Positions 37,991-45,591 of a stretch of DNA of 64,000 bases are shown here, one piece after another (position 1 is the stretch's first letter; every line of letters starts with the position of its first letter). A program made the translations under genes and the position numbers. The notes under the pieces are model-generated. The model worked only from the letters and a program-made list of their open reading frames with translations. It did no database searches and was not told the origin of the DNA. Source of the DNA: a virus (lineage: Duplodnaviria > Caudoviricetes); IMG/VR virus record IMGVR_UViG_3300041964_000148; one strand, written 5' to 3'.

Positions 37991-38587
37991 ATGAGCGAAC
38001 CAAAAGTATCGGAAGCGGAAATTGTAGGAATGGAAGTTGTTGTGAAGATCGTCTTCACAGATCCAATTCAGGCTCATAATACGGGTGAAGTCTTGGAGCA
38101 TATTACTCAAGCTCTCCAACGTGAGATAGCTAATTGCGGACTTACTCCTGATGACGAAGAATCCTCTGTCGAGAGTGTTTCCTTGGAATACTCAGGAAGT
38201 AAAACCCTTGTGTGGAGTTGTTCTAGTTCTACTGAAAATATCGAAGATGCCAACGAAAAAAGTTTTAGCATCCCAGCCGAAGCGTACTCGGATGATTGTC
38301 TTGTAAAGATAAAATTTGACGCAGTGGACTACATCAAAAATGCTGATGTAGAAGCATTACAAGCCTTAATAAATTGTGGTTGGGGTGGTGACTACCCAGG
38401 CGATTATGTCGCTAAATATTACGAAGATGGGGTACTCAAACCCCTATTCGACTACCTTGACTCCATTAAGGACATCCACTCTAAAAAAGATCAGCGTGGC
38501 TTTGAGTGCTACGTAGATGGGTACCAAGCACAGAAGTGGCTAGCAGCTAATCGCCTCGAAGTATTCAATAAATTGAGTCCCTTCTAA
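37991..38587 (+). CDS. hypothetical protein with FTDP domain
   Basis: KVSE..KIVFTDPIQ; C-terminal GWGGDY.GD..GFEC.VD. Confidence 0.7.
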   Translation: MSEPKVSEAEIVGMEVVVKIVFTDPIQAHNTGEVLEHITQALQREIANCGLTPDDEESSVESVSLEYSGSKTLVWSCSSSTENIEDANEKSFSIPAEAYSDDCLVKIKFDAVDYIKNADVEALQALINCGWGGDYPGDYVAKYYEDGVLKPLFDYLDSIKDIHSKKDQRGFECYVDGYQAQKWLAANRLEVFNKLSPF

Positions 38588-38712
38588 ATTGAAGTGGAGC
38601 AAATATTCGAGGACTGAAGATTTATTTAGCGATCGCGTTGCCTCTACTTAGGGTAGAATGACCCTGAGAAAACCAACAAAGCCCGTCGGGTGATTTATTC
38701 ACTCGACGGGCT

Positions 38713-39183
38713 TTGTCGTATTACAGAGGTTTTTACGCTGTGCCTCGTTATTCCAATACACTCGAAGTCCGCTTTAATGTAGTCGAGGAGCATCGCTGGG
38801 AAGTTTACCAGGAGATGCCCAGCGTTGCTCAGTTGGGTGCCAGTGAGGCTCTCAAGCGCGACGGCTGGGTCTTTTTTGTCCGAGACAGCGATCGCATCGT
38901 TCCGTATTATTTCGATGCCAGTAGCCTAACTATTTACCCATTTACAGGCAATGTTGTCGTTGCCCCTCGGAAACTTAGGACACGCATCGGCAATGGGACA
39001 GATCGAGAATTTATCGTTAACCACGGGTTCAACTCTTTGGATGTTGATGCGTCGGCATGGGAGTTTGTCGCAACTCGTAGGTACAGAATTGAATGTAATA
39101 TCTTTAAGGTAGATGAAAATAGTATAGGTTTTGAGTTTTCCGAGCCGCCGACACAGGATGCTATCGAAGTTTTGATCGGTTAG
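38713..39183 (+). CDS. putative tail-associated protein
   Basis: IGNG....F.V.H.FN..DV...D.NSI..F..PP domain, related to the C-terminus of 33655..36525. Confidence 0.55.
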   Translation: MSYYRGFYAVPRYSNTLEVRFNVVEEHRWEVYQEMPSVAQLGASEALKRDGWVFFVRDSDRIVPYYFDASSLTIYPFTGNVVVAPRKLRTRIGNGTDREFIVNHGFNSLDVDASAWEFVATRRYRIECNIFKVDENSIGFEFSEPPTQDAIEVLIG

Positions 39184-39193
39184 ATTAAGGCAC

Positions 39194-39232
39194 AAAAAAA
39201 GCCCCCACCAGGATTTCCTGGTGGGGCTTTTT
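39194..39232. terminator. bidirectional terminator closing the ribozyme operon
   Basis: A7-GCCCCCACCAGGA-TT-TCCTGGTGGGGC-T5. Confidence 0.85.
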
Positions 39233-39267
39233 AATATTTAGTGCCTGTTATTTGGCTTCAAAAAAGT

Positions 39268-40251
39268 TTAAGCACTGGCTACAGTTTTCTTAATTACTGT
39301 AAGAACTTCTTCGGGGGAGAGTAGAGATGCATATCCCTGTTCACTTCCTCCTACTTCAGAGTTCCCACCCCAACGCTTCTCAACCTCTTCCTCTCCCCGC
39401 TTTTGGGATTCAAGGAAATTGAGTTCGTCAAAGACAGCTTGAGAATTCCAAGTCGCCTCTGGCGAATAGCGGCCAATAGTGTACTTGAGATGTGGCTCAA
39501 ATTTGCCATTCGCCGTAAATTCGGGGTTGTATGCGATCGCATACTTGCCGAAGCGGTAGGCATAACCTGTCGCCCCAATATGCGCTGATTCTACGACAGC
39601 GATGTCGCCATCAACGGCAATGAGTTTGGATGCCTTGAATGCATCCATTTTTGTTTTGATGCCCTTTTCGCGGCTACCCTCTGGTTCAACACCAGCGATA
39701 AGCCACTTCAGGACATTTACAACCTTTTGCTTAACTCCGACAGAATCGACTGCTCGTTCACGCACATAGGAGTGCATGGCAATTAGCGGATCTTTCTGGA
39801 GTTTTTCTGCATACTCCTCTGAAGACATTTCTGTCTGTGATTCTCGTACCCAGCCCCCCTTGTCGGATTTGTCCACAAGGGCAATTCGTTGAACGAAATC
39901 TCCATCAGGCTGGACACCCAGCTCATCAAAGCTTAACTGTCCATGCTTTTTAAGGAGGACTGCGGCGGCGCAGTACGCATCCAGATCTTCTTTGCCGATA
40001 AATACGGCACTGTCATGAGGTACTCGCCAGAAATGTCCGTCTGTGAACATTTCGATGGCAAAGGCCGCCGCGCTATATGGCTTATTACTTCCATCATGCT
40101 GAGGATCGATATTGAAATCCAAGGCATCAACTGCCCAAGGATAGGCTTCGGCTCCAAAGCATAAGCAGTCATATTCCTTCTTGATGCGCTCAATGAGAGC
40201 GACATCTTCGGCTTGATTGCGGGGGTTTAGGACGTAGAATGTAATGCTCAT
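39268..40251 (-). CDS. hypothetical protein, possible DHH-like phosphoesterase fold
   Basis: ID.QH, DLD, KYTI, WGG..VGGS; start moved to the ATG after GCAAAACC, downstream of the ribozyme. Confidence 0.65.
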   Translation of the reverse strand: MSITFYVLNPRNQAEDVALIERIKKEYDCLCFGAEAYPWAVDALDFNIDPQHDGSNKPYSAAAFAIEMFTDGHFWRVPHDSAVFIGKEDLDAYCAAAVLLKKHGQLSFDELGVQPDGDFVQRIALVDKSDKGGWVRESQTEMSSEEYAEKLQKDPLIAMHSYVRERAVDSVGVKQKVVNVLKWLIAGVEPEGSREKGIKTKMDAFKASKLIAVDGDIAVVESAHIGATGYAYRFGKYAIAYNPEFTANGKFEPHLKYTIGRYSPEATWNSQAVFDELNFLESQKRGEEEVEKRWGGNSEVGGSEQGYASLLSPEEVLTVIKKTVASA

Positions 40252-40291
40252 GGGTTTTGCTTGATCACGGAGAACCGTGACGATAGTTTTT

Positions 40292-40344
40292 GCTCCCTCA
40301 CTATTTTTCACCCAGGCTTGGGACTGGCGTCGGCTAGTTTAAGC
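40292..40344 (-). ncRNA. twister ribozyme (P1 type)
   Basis: GCU-UAA-ACUA-GC-CGACG-CCAG-UCCCAAGC-CUGG-GUGAAAAA-UAGU-GAGGG-AGC; predicted cut U40341/A40340. Confidence 0.88.
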
Positions 40345-40384
40345 GGCTCCCCCAAGGGGAGCCTAACTTTCATTAAACTGAGAT

Positions 40385-40873
40385 TTACTTTGATAACTTA
40401 TTTACCCATTGAAGCTGTGGGTTTTGCTCTCTAAAGGCAGAATCCCATTTATATCGCCCCATTTCTGGATGGTATGGAAAGTCATTTTCCCACCACACAG
40501 AGATACATTTTTTTAGCGATTCTAAGGTTATCATTCCTTCTACTGATGGAACACTATACCCAGAAGCCGCAGATGACTGTATTTGGGAACAAGGTATTGC
40601 TTTGAAATTAATTCCCCGCTCTAAACATCGCGAGATAATTTCCCCTAAAGCAAATATGGAATCTCTTCCAAAATCTAAAGATAGGCAATTTTGAGATTCT
40701 TGATATCGAACCTGAGAAGTGTAACTAAGAAGACTGCTATCTGGTAACTGTGTCGCAGTTCCATGATAATCGTCGTCTTCGTCTATTTTGGGAGCAAACG
40801 AGGGAAATACCTGAAATACTGCTTCTTTCGCTAGCTCTGAATTTTCTAAGAATAAAAATCTGGCTGAAAACAT
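40385..40873 (-). CDS. hypothetical protein
   Basis: GCAAAACCATG leader; flanked by ribozymes. Confidence 0.7.
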   Translation of the reverse strand: MFSARFLFLENSELAKEAVFQVFPSFAPKIDEDDDYHGTATQLPDSSLLSYTSQVRYQESQNCLSLDFGRDSIFALGEIISRCLERGINFKAIPCSQIQSSAASGYSVPSVEGMITLESLKKCISVWWENDFPYHPEMGRYKWDSAFREQNPQLQWVNKLSK

Positions 40874-40893
40874 GGTTTTGCATTATAAATTTT

Positions 40894-40945
40894 GCTCCCT
40901 CTGCATTTTTATCCAGGCTGGGGACTGGCATTGGCTGCATTAAGC
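40894..40945 (-). ncRNA. twister ribozyme (P1 type)
   Basis: GCU-UAA-UGCA-GC-CAAUG-CCAG-UCCCCAGC-CUGG-AUAAAAA-UGCA-GAGGG-AGC, close to the canonical rice twister; predicted cut U40942/A40941. Confidence 0.92.
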
Positions 40946-40970
40946 GGCTCCCAAGGGAGAGCCTTTACAT

Positions 40971-41996
40971 TTATATGAGCGCTTCGTGGGCGATCGCATT
41001 AATGTAAGCGATCGCATCCTCGTAGGTTGGGCGAGATGGGTACTCGTGAACCCCTATTTTTAGCTCAAACAGGGAAACTGGTTCCCCGAACGGGTCATTT
41101 GGGTTCTGCACCCTCGGACTTTTGCTTGTCGAGTGGCAGTATCGATCAAATAGGATGTATTTTTCTAACGTCCCTCCTTGGAGGAAGCGCTCAACGTCTT
41201 CCTCAAATGTTCGGTCTTTTGGAATAGAGTATTCTACTCCTTGAGTCCAAAAAGACTTGGACTGAACAAGGGGCATTGCTAACTTTACATGGCGTTTGCC
41301 AAGTTCAGTTGCCGCTAAATCCCAGAAAACTGCCAAGGCTTGTAGTAACTCTTCCGAGAGATCTTCTCGGTCTAGATTTAAACTGGACAACGGATGCCCA
41401 ATAACTTCATGATTGCCGTATCCTGTCCAGCGACAGTAATCCAACAAAAATTCCTCAGGGTTTTCGGGGACAACCCATCCCCATTTAATCGCTAGAAGAA
41501 GACCTTCTGCGATCGCCCATCCTACCGAATTGTTGGGGCAGTGAAGCAATCGCTGCGTCAGTCGCCCCTCTTGGGCGGCTTCAAGACTGTCATTGTTCTG
41601 GTAGCTTGTCCAGCACCAGGCCCAAGCTACAAGAGAACTTCGTAAATGTGCATGGGCGAAGTTGGGTGTATAGTTTAGGGCAATTACATCGAATATTGTT
41701 GTCCAGTAGCCCCACTCTGCTATTTCCGCCAACTTCCCCCATCCCATTTGGTTATGGGGATCGGGCAGATCGTATATCGGCTTCTCGAATATCGCGTATT
41801 CGCTTATTCCAGTTGCAATTCGTGCAATTTCTCGCACCTTTTCCGGATGTTCGTCGTCGCAGCAGGCAAGCAGATATCTTGCCGCGAATGACAAGTCACT
41901 TCCGTCTTCCAACGCTGCTATCTTCTCGATCTCTTCAATATGGCGATTGTTGATAATTGAGGCGATCATTCGTTCGATTTTTTCTTCAGATTGCAT
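40971..41996 (-). CDS. hypothetical protein
   Basis: 341-aa ORF; GCAAAACCATG leader. Confidence 0.75.
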   Translation of the reverse strand: MQSEEKIERMIASIINNRHIEEIEKIAALEDGSDLSFAARYLLACCDDEHPEKVREIARIATGISEYAIFEKPIYDLPDPHNQMGWGKLAEIAEWGYWTTIFDVIALNYTPNFAHAHLRSSLVAWAWCWTSYQNNDSLEAAQEGRLTQRLLHCPNNSVGWAIAEGLLLAIKWGWVVPENPEEFLLDYCRWTGYGNHEVIGHPLSSLNLDREDLSEELLQALAVFWDLAATELGKRHVKLAMPLVQSKSFWTQGVEYSIPKDRTFEEDVERFLQGGTLEKYILFDRYCHSTSKSPRVQNPNDPFGEPVSLFELKIGVHEYPSRPTYEDAIAYINAIAHEALI

Positions 41997-42035
41997 GGTT
42001 TTGCTTGATCACGGAGAACCGTGACGATAGTTTTT

Positions 42036-42088
42036 GCTCCCTCACTATTTTTCACCCAGGCTTGGGACTGGCGTCGGCTAGTTTAAGC
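42036..42088 (-). ncRNA. twister ribozyme (P1 type)
   Basis: Identical to the copy at 40292..40344; predicted cut U42085/A42084. Confidence 0.88.
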
Positions 42089-42113
42089 GGCTCCCAAGAG
42101 GGAGCCTATGTTG

Positions 42114-42695
42114 TTAGTTGTAAATAGAAGAGATATCCAAAATCTCATCTATCTTTTCCTGGTCTAATCCGATAATTTCGCGTTGTTTATAATAGCGGAA
42201 ATTATCATTTTCAGACATGAATTGGATGCGTTCAGCAATAGGGAGGCGAATGATTCGCTCATACGTTACTGGTAGTAGTATGTAGAAATCGTCTGAACTG
42301 AACTCAGGGTCATACCCTAAATCATCTTCGTCTGAAGAGATCCAACACGCTAGCCCAGCTTCCATTTGAAGTTTTTTTTCTACCTCGAAAACTACTTCAG
42401 ATATTCCAGCCTTTCCAGATGAAAAACAATGCCAGTCATAAGGCGCGTTATCTGATTTGTATAGGTTCGCGAACCTGTTGTCTGGAATGTCTTCGTTGCA
42501 GTGAAAAGATGCTGCTATGCCTTGGCTTCCCATCATTCCATTCCAGTGGAGCTGAATGTTTTGAACCACAATTTTTCGATTGAACAAATCCAGCATGAGC
42601 TGAATTTCTTGGTCGGTTACGAAATGGCGCTTTATTTGACGCATTTGGTGATGTGCTTCGTATTTGTACTCGTACATTAGAATTTTCCCTTTCAT
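42114..42695 (-). CDS. hypothetical protein
   Basis: Start moved to MKGKIL after AGCAAAACC. Confidence 0.7.
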   Translation of the reverse strand: MKGKILMYEYKYEAHHQMRQIKRHFVTDQEIQLMLDLFNRKIVVQNIQLHWNGMMGSQGIAASFHCNEDIPDNRFANLYKSDNAPYDWHCFSSGKAGISEVVFEVEKKLQMEAGLACWISSDEDDLGYDPEFSSDDFYILLPVTYERIIRLPIAERIQFMSENDNFRYYKQREIIGLDQEKIDEILDISSIYN

Positions 42696-42710
42696 GGTTT
42701 TGCTGATTTT

Positions 42711-42764
42711 CTCAATTGGTTGGCTATCCACACCCGCCGCGAGGAGGCTTGAGTATTTGGGTGC
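42711..42764 (-). ncRNA. minimal HDV-like ribozyme (no P4)
   Basis: GCACCC-AAAUA-CUCAA-GCC-UCCUCGC-GGC-GGGUGU-GG-AUAGCCAA-CCAA-UUGAG; predicted cut 5' of G42764. Confidence 0.85.
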
Positions 42765-42808
42765 ATTGCCCCCGAAGGGGCAGGGGAGGATTTAATCCTC
42801 TAAGAACA

Positions 42809-42982
42809 CTAAGGAGGAGTGTCATTTTCTTCGCTTTTCCACCTCTCCTCTAAGAAGTTTTCGCGCTCTAGCTCTTCATTCTTCTGTCCGGCATACCAGA
42901 CCATTAATTGGTTGAGTTTCCATGCGTTTTCAGCATTGGGGTTAGCTTTGAAGGCTTCAAAAGCTTTATCTAGTTGGTTCAT
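42809..42982 (-). CDS. small hypothetical protein
   Basis: MNQLDKAFEAF.. after an AAAGG RBS, downstream of the twister. Confidence 0.65.
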   Translation of the reverse strand: MNQLDKAFEAFKANPNAENAWKLNQLMVWYAGQKNEELERENFLEERWKSEENDTPP

Positions 42983-43001
42983 TGATTTACCTTTGTAAAT
43001 T

Positions 43002-43057
43002 ACACCTCTCTGCGTTAGGGGCTGGAGACCCTTAGCTTTCGCTAGGCGCATTAGTAC
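43002..43057 (-). ncRNA. twister ribozyme with P3 hairpin
   Basis: GUAC-UAA-UGCGCC-UAGC-GAAA-GCUA-AGGG-UCUCCAGC-CCCU-AA-CGCA-GAGAG-GUGU; pseudoknot covaries to CUC/GAG; predicted cut U43053/A43052. Confidence 0.8.
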
Positions 43058-43106
43058 GCCCCCAAAGGGGCGGGGGAGGATTTAATCCTCTAGATTTACG
43101 CTATTA

Positions 43107-43385
43107 TCAACTAGCCAATTTAACATTCCATTGACTTCCCATACCCATGTCATACTGACGACGGCACGAGACTGGAAACTTCTCTCCATCTATTTCTGTA
43201 TGTCCTTTGTAGTCTTCTCCTCCTCCGTAAGCGTCAGAAAAAGTATTGGTACGCTCAAGATGAAAGACTAAATCATAGCGAGTACTCTCTGGAATAGTTC
43301 TAATTTTGTCAAGCAGTGATGGAGTCCGGATGTGTACTCCGTCAGTTACCGCTTTTCTCATTTGTTCCATTGTCCACTGTGTCAT
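43107..43385 (-). CDS. hypothetical protein
   Basis: 92-aa ORF between ribozymes; AAGGA RBS. Confidence 0.7.
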   Translation of the reverse strand: MTQWTMEQMRKAVTDGVHIRTPSLLDKIRTIPESTRYDLVFHLERTNTFSDAYGGGEDYKGHTEIDGEKFPVSCRRQYDMGMGSQWNVKLAS

Positions 43386-43417
43386 TTGTTTTTCCTTGTC
43401 ATGGTTTTGCTGATTTT

Positions 43418-43471
43418 CTCAATTAGTTGTATATCCACACCCGCCACGAGGAGGCTTGAGTATTTGGGTGC
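43418..43471 (-). ncRNA. minimal HDV-like ribozyme (no P4)
   Basis: GCACCC-AAAUA-CUCAA-GCC-UCCUCGU-GGC-GGGUGU-GG-AUAUACAA-CUAA-UUGAG; predicted cut 5' of G43471. Confidence 0.88.
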
Positions 43472-43506
43472 ATGGGCGATAACTCAAGAGAGCGATCGCC
43501 TGACTA

Positions 43507-44334
43507 TTAGTCCTTTAAATAAATTGCGTTAGGTGGTACGGGGGTTAGTACTTCCTCCGTCTCGTAATCCCAAGGTTCTTGACTTTTTCGCTTATGAACG
43601 AAAGAGACCAAAAACTTTTGATTACCCTCTTCTTTAAGAAGTTCTGAACGCATATCAACGTTGATTCTAGGAGCATCATTTAGCTCCCATTGATTGTCAG
43701 GAACCTCTAGTAAATCAACAAGCATATTGGGTTTGTTGATTAACCATTTTTCAATACTCTCGAAGTCGTCAAGGCTGCAACCGTAGTAGCCCTGTAGAGT
43801 TAAGTTGAGCGTTTTATCTACGCTTATTCCGCTCCATCCACTGTCATAGTAGTATGGGACAGATTCTAACCCTTTTTCAAGGATTGATGTTGCTGCAAAT
43901 TGAATTGCTTCTTCACAAGAGTGAAACTCTTTGCCTAGTAATTGCTGAAGAGTTGCTTGGAGATCCTTTAAAGGTTTTCCAAAAACTACGTCTTTAGCAG
44001 CAAAGACTACTTCATTGCGAAACCGTTCATCGCTAGCAGCTAATGTTACTGCCTCTGCGGCTGTGACAAGAATGCATCTTCCGTCCCAGTCTTCATCTTC
44101 GTCTCGTGGAACGTCGTACCCATCTTTGGCGAGGAATACCAGCGCTTCATCGGGAATGAGGATTTCATAAATTCCGAAGTTATCCCATCCTTCTGGAAGG
44201 TATGGGTAGGCGAACCCAACCTTTCCCTCTAATAAGAAAGAGAGGTGATTGCGATCGCTTCCGTGGTAACTGTCTCCTGGTTTTACAGGGGAAAAGTTTA
44301 TTCCACTTCCTAAGCTGTGATAGAAAATTGTCAT
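43507..44334 (-). CDS. hypothetical protein
   Basis: 275-aa ORF; AAAGCAAAACCAATG leader. Confidence 0.75.
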   Translation of the reverse strand: MTIFYHSLGSGINFSPVKPGDSYHGSDRNHLSFLLEGKVGFAYPYLPEGWDNFGIYEILIPDEALVFLAKDGYDVPRDEDEDWDGRCILVTAAEAVTLAASDERFRNEVVFAAKDVVFGKPLKDLQATLQQLLGKEFHSCEEAIQFAATSILEKGLESVPYYYDSGWSGISVDKTLNLTLQGYYGCSLDDFESIEKWLINKPNMLVDLLEVPDNQWELNDAPRINVDMRSELLKEEGNQKFLVSFVHKRKSQEPWDYETEEVLTPVPPNAIYLKD

Positions 44335-44354
44335 TGGTTTTGCTTTAATTAAAT

Positions 44355-44414
44355 GTACCCTTCTGCGTTTATTCAGACTTAGGACTGACAGCTAATAGCT
44401 GGTCGCATTAGTAC
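44355..44414 (-). ncRNA. twister ribozyme with P3 hairpin
   Basis: GUAC-UAA-UGCG-AC-CAGCU-AUU-AGCUG-UCAG-UCCUAAGU-CUGA-AUAAA-CGCA-GAAGG-GUAC; both pseudoknots covary (CCU/AGG, AC/GU); predicted cut U44410/A44409. Confidence 0.9.
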
Positions 44415-44443
44415 GCCCCCGAAGGGGCATTAGTTTATCTGTA

Positions 44444-45115
44444 TCAAGAAACGGCTTCAAAGATTGAAGCTAAATTCTTGAAAGTTTTGAAATAAAATGT
44501 GCCGTATTTTACCCATTGATGGTAGTTACCATCATGAATGGGCGTATGCTCACTTGAGCGAGCATCATACACAACTGGATTACTTGGAAGTGTTCGTATC
44601 TTTTGCTCCATCCCTTCAATTAGAAGGGTTGAAGAGATTTTATCCCACCACAGCACCCATAAGTCATCCCAAGCTCGTCGCCCGTCTGCTATCTGCATCT
44701 CTGGATAAAGACACAAGAAAACAAACTCAGGCATTAGTTCTTCCCAACTATAGGGAATTCCTTGTCGGCGATGGTCTTTTTTCTCAACCATTTTTGGCTG
44801 TTTTTTCATGAATTCTGCGATCACTGTCGGTTGCAGTAACGGGACAGGGATACAAGCGTAAGCTTCCCCTTCTCCTATAGATATTCCGGCTAAGTCGTAG
44901 TAGGCGTTGTCTCCTGCATCTTCGTAGACCAGGGAACAAGCCCCTGACTCATAAGCAGTAGCCCAAAGCAAGTTGGCGTAGAAAAGGAGGGTTTCATTTC
45001 CCTCGTGTGCCACCGCCTTGGCTTTGAACTTGTTACTTAGATTGATTGCCATTTTTGCTCTGGTAGAAGCATCTGGCATGATTTCAGTTTTGGCATTGAT
45101 TTGTTGATTCGTCAT
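44444..45115 (-). CDS. hypothetical protein
   Basis: Start moved to MTNQQ, downstream of the ribozyme. Confidence 0.7.
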   Translation of the reverse strand: MTNQQINAKTEIMPDASTRAKMAINLSNKFKAKAVAHEGNETLLFYANLLWATAYESGACSLVYEDAGDNAYYDLAGISIGEGEAYACIPVPLLQPTVIAEFMKKQPKMVEKKDHRRQGIPYSWEELMPEFVFLCLYPEMQIADGRRAWDDLWVLWWDKISSTLLIEGMEQKIRTLPSNPVVYDARSSEHTPIHDGNYHQWVKYGTFYFKTFKNLASIFEAVS

Positions 45116-45141
45116 TGTTTTTACTGATGGTTTTGCTTTAT

Positions 45142-45194
45142 GTTCAATTGGTTGGTTATCCGCACCCGCCGCGTGGAGGCTTGAACTTGGGTGC
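45142..45194 (-). ncRNA. minimal HDV-like ribozyme (no P4)
   Basis: GCACCC-AA-GUUCAA-GCC-UCCACGC-GGC-GGGUGC-GG-AUAACCAA-CCAA-UUGAAC; P2 covaries relative to the other two copies; predicted cut 5' of G45194. Confidence 0.87.
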
Positions 45195-45219
45195 ATTGCC
45201 CCCGAAGGGGCGGGAGGAA

Positions 45220-45591
45220 TTAAAGCCTCCAAGTCGTGTCGCGTCCCTGTCTGGGATCTTTTCCGCAACCGTTGTTCTGGGTTGCGGCGACTCTATCTCT
45301 TTCAGCTTGCTTCCGGTTTAGTTCTTCAACTCGCTCAAGTTTTACAAGCTGCTCACGCAATTTCTTGAGTTGAGGCTCTAACTCTTTCTGGAGAGCGATC
45401 GCTGTCCGCTGTTGGGCTCGCAGCGAATCTATCTCCGCTTGAATTGCAGCAAGAACCTCTGGAGGTTTATTCCGCTTCTTGGCTCCAAGAGGCTGGAGTT
45501 TCCTGCTACAATCCCATCGCTGGGATGTAGCAATATCAAGTTGCTGTTCTAGTGAGGCAATTTCTTGTCTCAATTTGTTAATGTCAGTCAT
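45220..45591 (-). CDS. coiled-coil hypothetical protein
   Basis: TAATG-coupled to the upstream gene. Confidence 0.7.
   Translation of the reverse strand: MTDINKLRQEIASLEQQLDIATSQRWDCSRKLQPLGAKKRNKPPEVLAAIQAEIDSLRAQQRTAIALQKELEPQLKKLREQLVKLERVEELNRKQAERDRVAATQNNGCGKDPRQGRDTTWRL

Noticed and set aside
40253-45211. Intergenic repeats as a CRISPR array or integron attC sites
   Set aside because: The intervals are whole genes, the units fall into two unrelated classes, there are no attC core sites, and no integrase or cas genes are present. Ribozyme folds explain them.
40345-45211. GC hairpins after each operon gene as intrinsic terminators
   Set aside because: No U-tract on the sense strand; each is followed directly by a ribozyme
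39268-45268. ORF-track N-terminal extensions (starts 40311, 42731, 43051, 45268)
   Set aside because: They begin inside or upstream of the ribozymes. Downstream ATGs with leader or RBS signals (40251, 42695, 42982, 45115) are more plausible.
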